IMG/VR virus record: IMGVR_UViG_3300020370_000003
Span: 1 to 64,000 of that record
Length of the DNA stretch: 64,000 bases
Source: a virus
Strand: one strand, 5' to 3'
Shown here: positions 1 to 8,025 of the stretch, in pieces
Layout of the letters: each line of letters opens with the position of its first letter
Numbering within the stretch: the stretch's first letter is position 1
The notes under the pieces: generated by a model
What the model was told of the DNA's origin: nothing
What the model saw: the letters and a program-made list of their open reading frames with translations, nothing else
The model's database searches: none
Made by a program: the position numbers and the translations under genes

Positions 1-48
1 CATTGACACTAATCTACCTCCTATACCACAATATGTATAGACCTTAGT

Positions 49-77
49 ACCTTAGCACAGAATTAAAAATTTTGCAA
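49..77 (-). promoter_or_regulatory. Putative sigma70-type (early) promoter for the gene that starts at the window edge
   Basis: Minus strand TTGCAA-17 nt-TAAGGT with a TG extension (TGcTAAGGT). Downstream is AGGAGG (17-22), then 7 nt, then in-frame GTG-TCA-ATG at 9..1. Confidence 0.45.
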
Positions 78-635
78 CTACCTTTTGTCTCTGCTTCCCT
101 GATTCCTTACTTCAAATACTGTATAGTTGAAAGTTGCTGTAGCAGTCATGAATTCATTATCAGTTCCTGTAACATCGAAAGCTACAGTGGACAATGATAC
201 TGGCCAAAGACTTTGAAATACAACATCAAAGTTTGTAACATTATTATTATTTAAAACCAATAACGTTGCATCAGACCACTTAGCATCATCAGTGTTAGAT
301 CTAGTATCCATTCTATATTGGTCATTCCAATTCATTCTATCAATATAATCTTGAGGAGTTCCTAATGCTCGTATCCAATTATGAATCTCCATATAATTTC
401 TAAGGTCTTCATCAACAATGAAATCCAAAGTCAATTGACTATACTCTATATTACCACTCATAGGGATCTTAGCATATCCAGCAGTAGGAATATCAACTTG
501 CCCTAAACTCATTTCTGGTATTGATGCTCTTTGGCATAGAAAAGAAACCTTCTTTGCTTTATCCAATACGAATACAAATCCTATTGGTGATAGAAAGTTC
601 TTGTTTGTTAATTGATCTTTATACCAGTTTGCCAT
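78..635 (-). CDS. g3: Tail completion / tail-tube terminator protein gp3
   Basis: NFLSPIGFVF...FLCQRASIP...L.FIVDEDLRNYMEIHNW...SDATL...F..LWP.SLS pattern; canonical position downstream of g23. Confidence 0.88.
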   Translation of the reverse strand: MANWYKDQLTNKNFLSPIGFVFVLDKAKKVSFLCQRASIPEMSLGQVDIPTAGYAKIPMSGNIEYSQLTLDFIVDEDLRNYMEIHNWIRALGTPQDYIDRMNWNDQYRMDTRSNTDDAKWSDATLLVLNNNNVTNFDVVFQSLWPVSLSTVAFDVTGTDNEFMTATATFNYTVFEVRNQGSRDKR

Positions 636-655
636 TATAGCAGTACTATTTTAAT

Positions 656-663
656 TATTTATA
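656..663 (-). promoter_or_regulatory. T4-type late promoter TATAAATA upstream of g3
   Basis: Exact TATAAATA about 20 nt upstream of the g3 ATG. Confidence 0.75.
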
Positions 664-1042
664 CCCACCGATTAACAACTAGTTCAACAGCATTACTTGA
701 ATTAACCTTCTGACTTTCCACTTCAAATCCATTAGACTTAGCAACACTGGTAAGTAGTTGTATACAATACAACTGTGTTATCTTTTCAAGGAATCTTTCT
801 ATTGGTATTTGATGAGACCAAGTTTGTCTATCGGTTATCAACTCATAGCATTGAGACTGTTTGTTCCATACGAAACCCATATCATCACCTACAGTTACTT
901 CACACATTACTCTCTCGTGCTCATGTCCTATAGGATTTACTAACTGTCTATTAATATCAACTGGATAACCATCAAACATCAATGCTTGTATTAATGCTGG
1001 TTTGTTTGTGATCTTCGTTTTGATTTTGCTGAAGTGTGACAT
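659..1042 (-). CDS. ycf35: Ycf35 / DUF1257 family protein (host-like); start reassigned to MSHF at 1042
   Basis: MSHFSKIKTKI...ALIQAL...DMGFVWN...YELITDRQTW...IERFLEKITQLY...GF...VELVVNRW matches the cyanobacterial/plastid Ycf35 pattern; adjacent to DUF2997 as in cyanobacteria. Confidence 0.8.
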   Translation of the reverse strand: MSHFSKIKTKITNKPALIQALMFDGYPVDINRQLVNPIGHEHERVMCEVTVGDDMGFVWNKQSQCYELITDRQTWSHQIPIERFLEKITQLYCIQLLTSVAKSNGFEVESQKVNSSNAVELVVNRWV

Positions 1043-1208
1043 TGTAGTATTCTGGTTTGTATTCTCTAGAGATAACATTAACGTTATTTAGAGCTTTCTC
1101 AAATGGTAGTGTAACATCTAAACACTGATTTGACTCTACTCCTTGTACCTCTTCTATAACTGTACCATCCTGTTGGATGATGAATTTAATTTTTTGTTGT
1201 GTGGGCAT
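972..1208 (-). CDS. DUF2997 family protein
   Basis: IKFIIQQDGTVIEEVQGV...CLDVTLPFEKAL...V..REYKPEYY; usual neighbour of DUF1257; overlaps the ycf35 start by 71 nt. Confidence 0.75.
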   Translation of the reverse strand: MPTQQKIKFIIQQDGTVIEEVQGVESNQCLDVTLPFEKALNNVNVISREYKPEYYNVTLQQNQNEDHKQTSINTSIDV

Positions 1209-1513
1209 TAGTAATGATCCTCTAGTCCTTCTACTGGTTTAACTTCCCAGTCCTTACCATAGTATTTTTCTAACATATTATGATGTGGAGCACGGTCAAG
1301 TTGCTCTTGCGTGAATGTAATCTTCTTAGGTGGTGGAGGTGGAAACATCTCTAGTTGTATCTCAGGTATAGAAAAGGTGTCACCATCTTTTCTATGGTGT
1401 TGCCAATAGAATGTACCGTTTGGTTTTTTGTATAAATGGTCTGCATCGTGTGAACTAATCAAAACCATCTTAACTATCTTGTCGCCTTTCTCAATCATTA
1501 ATGTATTATGCAT
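1208..1513 (-). CDS. Hypothetical protein (101 aa, poly-Pro)
   Basis: Same strand and tightly packed, overlapping both neighbours; FPPPPPKK stretch. Confidence 0.6.
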   Translation of the reverse strand: MHNTLMIEKGDKIVKMVLISSHDADHLYKKPNGTFYWQHHRKDGDTFSIPEIQLEMFPPPPPKKITFTQEQLDRAPHHNMLEKYYGKDWEVKPVEGLEDHY

Positions 1514-1686
1514 GTGGAATCAGGATCCCAACAATCTGGACAGTCCATCTCTTGTTCATAGTTATGTAGTTTATGAACCACATCATCGTATTTCTCACCA
1601 AGTTCCTTATCCTGTGATCTTATCATACTCCCATAATATTGGCAAGCATGAATCATCCTTTGTATTTCTTTTTCGTGGAATTGCAT
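1498..1686 (-). CDS. Hypothetical protein (62 aa, C-terminal CPDC...C)
   Basis: Same-strand ORF behind an ATAAATA-type element near 1707-1714. Confidence 0.6.
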   Translation of the reverse strand: MQFHEKEIQRMIHACQYYGSMIRSQDKELGEKYDDVVHKLHNYEQEMDCPDCWDPDSTCIIH

Positions 1687-1713
1687 AATACAAATGGGTA
1701 AATATATATTTAT

Positions 1714-1980
1714 TTAAGATACCTTACCACCCCATTCAGAATTAGGATCTAATCTCTCCATATAATTAAACCCACTACCTTCGGGGTAAATATATTTTCC
1801 ATTCTCATCAAAGTTTGGACCTACCTTCTTTGCAGGGTATGTGGGATATGGTCTCAACCCTGCTCTCATCTCTCTACCCTTTCTCTTTCTCATCTCATTA
1901 CCAGTCTCATGATCTTCAGGCATAGTGGGCCATGATGATCCAAGAATACGTTTGATATCTTCTTTAGTATAACCTTTCAT
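1714..1980 (-). CDS. Hypothetical cyanophage protein (88 aa)
   Basis: ATG ORF directly after the g23 terminator, same strand. Confidence 0.65.
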   Translation of the reverse strand: MKGYTKEDIKRILGSSWPTMPEDHETGNEMRKRKGREMRAGLRPYPTYPAKKVGPNFDENGKYIYPEGSGFNYMERLDPNSEWGGKVS

Positions 1981-1994
1981 ATTTAATTTAGTAT

Positions 1995-2023
1995 AAAAAA
2001 AGAGACCCCTCTGGGGTCTCTTT
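1995..2023 (-). terminator. Rho-independent terminator after g23
   Basis: Minus strand AAAGAGACCCC-AGA-GGGGTCTCT followed by a T-run. Confidence 0.88.
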
Positions 2024-2042
2024 AAGTTGTATGTAATCCAAA

Positions 2043-3440
2043 TTACATGAGGTTTGCAACTTGTACACGTCTGTAATACTTGTTAGTATTAGCTGTAAGA
2101 GCACCAGATCCCTGAGTAAGTCCCTGTGAGAATGGGTTTGAAACCATGCCGTAACGAGTCTTGAATCCAATTTTTGGTTGGAAGGTGTCAGGATTTATTG
2201 CTCTGACCTGCTGTAGAGGTACATATGGGCAATAGAATAATCCAGCATCATAAGGAGAAGTTCCTTTGTATCCAGCAACGTAGAAGTGCTTGTCACTTAC
2301 GTTAGCAGAATAAGGGTCAACATAAACCTTTATGCGTCCGTTAAGAGTACCAACAAGTGTGCTTGCAGTATCATCAACACCAGTAAGAGCATTGTTGCCG
2401 TTAAGAGCAGGTGTGTAATCTAGAACACCAGCCATTCCAAGAGCAGAAGCCACATCAGCAGAGCAGATGAGGATGTTGCCCTTCCCACGACGAGTTTGCT
2501 GTCCGATAGCGTTAGCATCTCTTTCTATCTGGAAGAGTAGTCCTTTGAACTTCTCAACTGACCATCTACCGTTGGAGTCAACGTCAAGGTCAAAGATACC
2601 AGCATCAGCAGTATTGTTCTGAGCACCTTCTACTGCGTTAACGTAGATTGTACGAACAACTTCTCTGTTGATTTCAGCAAGGATTTCTGTTGAGAGAATG
2701 TTGGACAACTCTTGCTCGGCATCAAGACCATGAATTGCTTTCAAGTCTTGAGCAAGCTCGATGCTGTACTCAGCTTTCAACGCACGAGATTTCGCTGTAA
2801 CAGTTACTTTCTCTATGCTGAATCCCATCTCACGGAACGCTGTATTAGCAGCACCGTCATCTAAAGCTTCAGCAGTGGTTGTTGCCATTCCAGTAGCATC
2901 ACCAGTCTGCTCGTAAGTTCCAGGAGAACTATCGTTAAGAACAGCAGGGTTGTTACCTTGAGCGTCGTTAGTTGCGTCTGAAGCGTTGGGGTCGTAGTTA
3001 GAAAGACCTGTTCCAGCACCACCAGAGAAACCAGCGTTAGGCTCATTGAAGAATGCTTCACGGAAGTCAGATGAAGCAGGGCTTCTCTCACTACCATAGG
3101 CAGTTCTCATTGCGAAGATAAGTCCAGTAGGACCAGTCATTGGTTGTACACCAGCAATGTCATAAGCAATTAGCTTAGGCATTGAACGACGTATCAATGA
3201 TATAAGTACGGGGTCGAAACCAGCAACAGGACCAGTTGCAGTTGCATCTGCACCATATCCACCTGTTCCAACAGTTTGTAAAGTCTCGTTAAGGATTTGT
3301 CCTTCTTCGACTTGTGCTTTTTCTTGGTTCTCTAGAAGTTGTGCGACTACACCTTTTTTATAGGAATCTTCGATCTCTGGAAGAGCGTCGTGATTCAATA
3401 CAGGGGCCCACTTCTCCTGGAGTTGTTTAATGTTAGCCAT
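2043..3440 (-). CDS. g23: Major capsid protein gp23 (start MANIKQ at 3440; the ORF track starts at 3449)
   Basis: LQEKWAPVL, LLENQE, FDPVLISLIRR, GVQPMTGPTGLIFAMR, KSRALKAEYSIELAQDLKAIHGLDAE, FQPKIGFKTRYG. Confidence 0.98.
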   Translation of the reverse strand: MANIKQLQEKWAPVLNHDALPEIEDSYKKGVVAQLLENQEKAQVEEGQILNETLQTVGTGGYGADATATGPVAGFDPVLISLIRRSMPKLIAYDIAGVQPMTGPTGLIFAMRTAYGSERSPASSDFREAFFNEPNAGFSGGAGTGLSNYDPNASDATNDAQGNNPAVLNDSSPGTYEQTGDATGMATTTAEALDDGAANTAFREMGFSIEKVTVTAKSRALKAEYSIELAQDLKAIHGLDAEQELSNILSTEILAEINREVVRTIYVNAVEGAQNNTADAGIFDLDVDSNGRWSVEKFKGLLFQIERDANAIGQQTRRGKGNILICSADVASALGMAGVLDYTPALNGNNALTGVDDTASTLVGTLNGRIKVYVDPYSANVSDKHFYVAGYKGTSPYDAGLFYCPYVPLQQVRAINPDTFQPKIGFKTRYGMVSNPFSQGLTQGSGALTANTNKYYRRVQVANLM

Positions 3441-3470
3441 TTTCTCCAAAATTTGTAGTAGTTTAATTAA

Positions 3471-4565
3471 TTATTTCGACCATCTAGACAGTGCATCAAC
3501 GTACTTCGACATTGTGCCACTAGTGGTTTCTTCTACCAAAGGAGCAGATCCTTCTTCGGTGGGTTCAGTTGTTTCAGCAACAACTTCGGCCTTCCTAGTG
3601 AAGTATGATTCCTTGATAGTTTCGACTTTAGATTTAAAGTCTGCTTCAGTTTCAAACTCAACCCCTTCTGCTAATGAAACGAGCTTTTCCTTTTGGGTCT
3701 CAGCAAGTCCAGTTGCACATTCGTTCACAATTTCCATTTTAACAAACTCACCAATTCTCTTATTCAATGAGACATTGGTGTCGATCTGTTCGTTGAGCTT
3801 TGTTTCCATATCATTTAACTCTTCAGCCATGCCATCAAGCAGGTTGAATTTTTCTTCGGGTACAGTAAAGTTCTGTTCCACGAATAGCTTTTTAAGACCA
3901 TTAAAGAATGATTCTGCCATCTCTGTCTTAATGCCATGCTCCACAGCAAGTGCGTTTTCTTCTAACCATTGCTTTGCAGCATAAGAGATGTAGTCATCAA
4001 CCTTCTCGGCCAATTCTGTTTTAACCTTTTCGACCTCTTCTGTAAGAGTGCCTTCAAAGGCTTCTTGCAACGCTTTGACTTCCTCGTTAACCTTTTGGGT
4101 TACGACTGCCTCAAAGATTGTCTTTGCTTTAGTCTTGAACTCTTCATCTAGTTCTTGACCAGCGACAAGAGCGTCAACATCTTCACTAAAGTCGTACTTG
4201 GCTTCAGTGGTCTCTTCTTCTTTGGGCTCTTCGGAGATTGTTTCGCCATTCTTTTCCTCACTGTCAAAGATCTTTCCAGATAATCCAGCACTTACATTAC
4301 CAGTGCCTGCATCTGAAGGCTTCGTCTTGATAGACTTGTCTCCTTCTTTGGCAGTTGAACCAGCAGCAGATGCACCAAGGTTCTTAGTACCCTTAGCACC
4401 TTCTTCTGATTTACTATCGGATCCTCCAATAGCATTAAAATTTCCCCCAGAAGTATCGATTTTTTCTCCTGCGGTTGCACCTTTTTTGATTGCTGTAGAA
4501 CCAGTAGCTGCGTCTTCGCTCACTTGCTCCATATTATCTAGCTCTTTAGTAGAGGTCTCAGACAT
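3471..4565 (-). CDS. g22: Prohead core scaffold protein gp22
   Basis: Acidic coiled coil, KAKTIFEA, KVDDYISYAAKQWLEEN, ESFFNGLKKLF; lies between g21 and g23. Confidence 0.93.
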   Translation of the reverse strand: MSETSTKELDNMEQVSEDAATGSTAIKKGATAGEKIDTSGGNFNAIGGSDSKSEEGAKGTKNLGASAAGSTAKEGDKSIKTKPSDAGTGNVSAGLSGKIFDSEEKNGETISEEPKEEETTEAKYDFSEDVDALVAGQELDEEFKTKAKTIFEAVVTQKVNEEVKALQEAFEGTLTEEVEKVKTELAEKVDDYISYAAKQWLEENALAVEHGIKTEMAESFFNGLKKLFVEQNFTVPEEKFNLLDGMAEELNDMETKLNEQIDTNVSLNKRIGEFVKMEIVNECATGLAETQKEKLVSLAEGVEFETEADFKSKVETIKESYFTRKAEVVAETTEPTEEGSAPLVEETTSGTMSKYVDALSRWSK

Positions 4566-4603
4566 TTGTTTAAACTCCGATTAAATCTTGCGTTGTCTTT
4601 ATT

Positions 4604-4611
4604 TATTTATA
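4604..4611 (-). promoter_or_regulatory. T4-type late promoter upstream of g22-g23
   Basis: Exact TATAAATA. Confidence 0.8.
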
Positions 4612-4613
4612 AA

Positions 4614-5258
4614 TCACAAACTCTTTAGAAACTTACTGAATGCGGAAACCTTCCGTTCTTGTAAGTTTATTAGAGTTGCTTCATCAATTTCTTGCTTTAT
4701 TTGAGCAACAGCAGACTCTTTAAGTATACCATTATCCCAAACCCATTCTTTTCCTTCCATAATTCCATCAACAAAAGCATCAGGTGCTGATGGATCTGCT
4801 ACTATATCAGCAGCAGTTGCAAGCATAAAGTCATCTTGTACTATGTTAACGCCCTCTTGTTGTTTAAGAGAACCCATACCACGACTAGAAACTCCAAGAC
4901 TTACACCTTCATCAAGAAGAGATTTTGCAATTCTTCCGTTAGGTGTATCAAGAATCTTTGCACGTCCGATAAAATTATTACCTTCTGCTCTAAGAGATTC
5001 TATTTTATGAGAAACTTTATCCAGATTGATGGAAGGTCCATCTGGATGTCCTAACTCACCGAGAGCACGACCCTTGCGAATATGTGCCTCATCATATTTA
5101 GCAACTTCACGTTCAAGTGTTTTGAATGGATACTTGCGACCATTCTTATTTGCTATCTCAGCCTGTAGAAAGACACCTTCTATAAAGTGTGACTTCTTCC
5201 CATCCTTTTCTTCGGATAAAAAGTTAACTTCGGTTATTTCTTCAGCTATCAGTCTCAT
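4614..5258 (-). CDS. g21: Prohead protease gp21
   Basis: IEGVFLQAE, N.NGRKYP, ALGELGHP, LGVSSRGMGSL, DIVADPSAPDAFV. Confidence 0.97.
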   Translation of the reverse strand: MRLIAEEITEVNFLSEEKDGKKSHFIEGVFLQAEIANKNGRKYPFKTLEREVAKYDEAHIRKGRALGELGHPDGPSINLDKVSHKIESLRAEGNNFIGRAKILDTPNGRIAKSLLDEGVSLGVSSRGMGSLKQQEGVNIVQDDFMLATAADIVADPSAPDAFVDGIMEGKEWVWDNGILKESAVAQIKQEIDEATLINLQERKVSAFSKFLKSL

Positions 5259-5595
5259 TTTTTGGTTCCTCTATAGGTTCGATAGAATCAACCACCGCAG
5301 TATTTGGTGGTAGTGGGTCAGGCACTTGTTCCTGTTCTGCATTTGCTATTTCACCTGCAGTAGGTGCAATCTCTGGTGGTTCTTGACCATCAAAGACTTT
5401 ATCCGCAATTTCATCAGCAGTTGCTTGACCAGTTTGATCTTGGTCAAAACCCCACTCTTTTGCAAATTCAAGTTTCTTTGCTTCAATTGCATCATATGCT
5501 GCTGCACTTAAAGCATCATTAGTCGCATCAATAGCTTTAGATTTCTCATCGCTAAAGATGTGATTTACAATTGTATTTGCTATTTCACTAGGCAT
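5242..5595 (-). CDS. Acidic prohead core protein (gp67/gp68 position); start likely MPSE at 5595
   Basis: Located between portal and protease; acidic; AATAAATA at 5616-5623 upstream. Confidence 0.6.
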   Translation of the reverse strand: MPSEIANTIVNHIFSDEKSKAIDATNDALSAAAYDAIEAKKLEFAKEWGFDQDQTGQATADEIADKVFDGQEPPEIAPTAGEIANAEQEQVPDPLPPNTAVVDSIEPIEEPKNETDS

Positions 5596-5615
5596 AATAA
5601 TTCCCACGTTAGTTT

Positions 5616-5623
5616 TATTTATT
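5616..5623 (-). promoter_or_regulatory. Late promoter (AATAAATA)
   Basis: NATAAATA overlapping the g20 stop codon. Confidence 0.55.
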
Positions 5624-7259
5624 AAAATTCAGCTCTCTTCTGATCACCAGAAGAAATACTAGACTTTGGGTCCGCTGTCGAACCCCCATTTGCTGCACCA
5701 TTTGCACCAGCTAATGCGGTTGAATCCGTCATAGGATCTTCCCCGATTCCCATTTCCAATGCTTGCATTGCCATAGGATCCATGATAATTCCGTCTGCTA
5801 TCTCTTGCTTAATCTGTTTGTCGATTTCTTTAATCTCAACATCAGTATGCTTAAGAACTTGACGACGGATATAATCAGCAGAGAAGTACTTACCAACATA
5901 AGGATCCATGTTGGCAACTTCATTCATCCTTTCATTGCGGATTTCAATCTCTTTGAGTTCAGTAAAGTAGTTGTCAGCGATATAATCAAACTGAACATGC
6001 TCCTTCATACTTTCCCAATCTTCGAGAGTAAGAATACCCTTTAAGATTAACTGCGTCTTTAAAAGATCTGTGAATAATTCAGAGAATCTCTTACGCAATC
6101 TTGCGACAAACTTCTGGAACTTAACCTCATCTCTTGTGATCTCAGCAGCACGACCAATGTTAAATGTAGTCTCTGTTTCTAATCTTGAGTTAGGAACGTT
6201 CAGTGATTTGTATAGTTTCTTCTGGAAGTACTTAACATCTTCTAGTTCTCCAAGGTTCTGACCACCAGGTAATGTAGTAATCTCAGTTCCTCTTCCACCT
6301 TCTCTTCTAGGTAACCAGAAGTCTTCCAACATGGACATGAACTTCTTGTCATCCTTTATCTCACCAGTGTTTGCATCGTATACAAGTTTATTTCTGTAAC
6401 GACCCATTACCTCACGTAGATATTGTTCCGCTTTATTCTTTGGAAGGTTACCTACATCGATATAGAAAATTCTTCTTTCTGGTGCTCTTGATAATCTGTA
6501 GATAACAAGAGAGTCTTCAATCATTCTTAATTGATTGACTGCCTTAATTGCCTTATGCAAATGAGACAAGACCATATTCTTGTTAAGATCTTGAACACCA
6601 GAGTGACAATATGTAATAGAATCAGGAGCAATCTTCATACCTTGGTTGGTACTATTCTTTAATCCTTTTGGATTGTATAAGAAATAAGATGCTGCTCTTT
6701 GCGTGAGTTGAGTATTGAGATCCATGCCCCGAAGTTGTTCGGGTTTCTTTTCCTCATACTCAGTTACTTTACGAATCTTACGAGGGTCAATATATCTAAG
6801 GTCTATCAATCCACCTTTAGGGTTTTTGGGATCTATAACCTTATGATAAAAAAGTCTCCCATCAACATACCATCGACGGAAGATCTCGTATGACCTGTTT
6901 TCAAAATCAAGAAGACGGAGGATTTCATCGAACTCCTCACGGATTAACTTCTTAATTTTTTCAGATACTTTTAAATTTGATAATTCTACAGAGACTGGAA
7001 CGTCATCAAAGTTACCACATATAGTCTCGTTGACTACATCATCTACTGCACTATCACATTCTGGTTGCAAAACCATCTCCCTATATCTTGATATAAGGTC
7101 ATAATCATTTCTTACTACTCCATCAAGATCAATAGAATATCCAAAGTATCCACCACCTGCAATAGGTTGTGAACCATCTAAACTATCCTTTTGAACAAAA
7201 GAAGGCCCCTTCGGAACCTTCTTTGCTCTCTCTAGTGAAAATCCAAAGAGCTGCGACAT
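5622..7259 (-). CDS. g20: Portal vertex protein gp20
   Basis: FRRWYVDGR, LHKAIKAVNQLRMIEDSLVIYRLSRAPERRIFYIDVGNLPK, EDFWLPRREGGRGTEITTLPGGQNLG. Confidence 0.98.
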   Translation of the reverse strand: MSQLFGFSLERAKKVPKGPSFVQKDSLDGSQPIAGGGYFGYSIDLDGVVRNDYDLISRYREMVLQPECDSAVDDVVNETICGNFDDVPVSVELSNLKVSEKIKKLIREEFDEILRLLDFENRSYEIFRRWYVDGRLFYHKVIDPKNPKGGLIDLRYIDPRKIRKVTEYEEKKPEQLRGMDLNTQLTQRAASYFLYNPKGLKNSTNQGMKIAPDSITYCHSGVQDLNKNMVLSHLHKAIKAVNQLRMIEDSLVIYRLSRAPERRIFYIDVGNLPKNKAEQYLREVMGRYRNKLVYDANTGEIKDDKKFMSMLEDFWLPRREGGRGTEITTLPGGQNLGELEDVKYFQKKLYKSLNVPNSRLETETTFNIGRAAEITRDEVKFQKFVARLRKRFSELFTDLLKTQLILKGILTLEDWESMKEHVQFDYIADNYFTELKEIEIRNERMNEVANMDPYVGKYFSADYIRRQVLKHTDVEIKEIDKQIKQEIADGIIMDPMAMQALEMGIGEDPMTDSTALAGANGAANGGSTADPKSSISSGDQKRAEF

Positions 7260-7284
7260 TATTAAAAACTTATTGTTCCTACCT

Positions 7285-7291
7285 TATTTAG
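7285..7291 (-). promoter_or_regulatory. Late promoter variant CTAAATA upstream of g20
   Basis: CTAAATA about 25 nt before the ATG; the same variant precedes g19 (7942-7948) and the methyltransferase (13329-13335). Confidence 0.5.
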
Positions 7292-7303
7292 GGAGTTTCC
7301 AAA

Positions 7304-7900
7304 CTAGGCGTTTTTAACAATTGGAGTCCAGTACTGAGTCTGGAGTTCAACTGTAAACTCTTCAACCGCATCATTGTTACCGAAGTCTAAGTCTATTGCA
7401 GCAATAGAACTTGGGAATACATTGTAGAACTTATAAGACTTAAGAATATTTGGATTGTCATCAGTCTTGATATCACGTGATAACTGGTGTACTTCCATAT
7501 CAGCGAAGTATCCAACTGCGTCATCTGTATCATTTAGTGCATTACCTGACTCAGTAGTCGAAGTATAGTTCTCGTTATATGCCTGTATTGCAGCTGCCCA
7601 TGTTTCAAATGCTGTTCTTAACAAGAACTTACTATCATTCTGAATAGTAATTGTCCAAGGTTCAAAGGTTCTGTCTCCAGCAATCTTTAAAACTCGTCCT
7701 CTAAAAGGTACTTCGATAACACCAATTTGAGATGCTGGTAGGTTTGCTGCACGAATTGTGAAAGCACCTAGCTTTGATAATTCTGATGATCCTTGTATAA
7801 TCCCTGTTGGGAATGCCAAGTCAACTTGAAATAGATTAGGTCTTGCGAAATCCGATGTAACAGCCGCCTTAAAACTGTCAAGTGATCCTCTGCTTGCCAT
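7304..7900 (-). CDS. g19: Tail tube protein gp19
   Basis: ARPNLFQV, AANLPAS, VPFRGRVLKIAGDRTFEPWTITI, EEFTVEL. Confidence 0.97.
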   Translation of the reverse strand: MASRGSLDSFKAAVTSDFARPNLFQVDLAFPTGIIQGSSELSKLGAFTIRAANLPASQIGVIEVPFRGRVLKIAGDRTFEPWTITIQNDSKFLLRTAFETWAAAIQAYNENYTSTTESGNALNDTDDAVGYFADMEVHQLSRDIKTDDNPNILKSYKFYNVFPSSIAAIDLDFGNNDAVEEFTVELQTQYWTPIVKNA

Positions 7901-7970
7901 GATAGTAAAATTCCTTGGTGGTTATTAAATCCTGTCCTTTATATTTAGTATAATGAATATTTTTAGACAT

Positions 7971-8000
7971 AAAAAATAGCGGAGTTTCCTCCGCTATTTT
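7971..8000 (-). terminator. Rho-independent terminator after g18
   Basis: Minus strand AAAATAGCGGAG-GAAA-CTCCGCTATTTTTT (12-bp stem, GNRA loop); g19 has its own CTAAATA element downstream. Confidence 0.88.
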
Positions 8001-8025
8001 GAATCCATCTCGAACTCAGGATTAT

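Noticed and set aside
1988-2170. 60-aa minus-strand ORF overlapping the g23 3' end
   Set aside because: Alternative frame running through the g23 terminator; no support.
7949-7954. Plus-strand TATAAT as an antisense promoter into g18
   Set aside because: No -35 or TG extension, AT-rich context, and the nearby hairpin has a T-run on this strand too.
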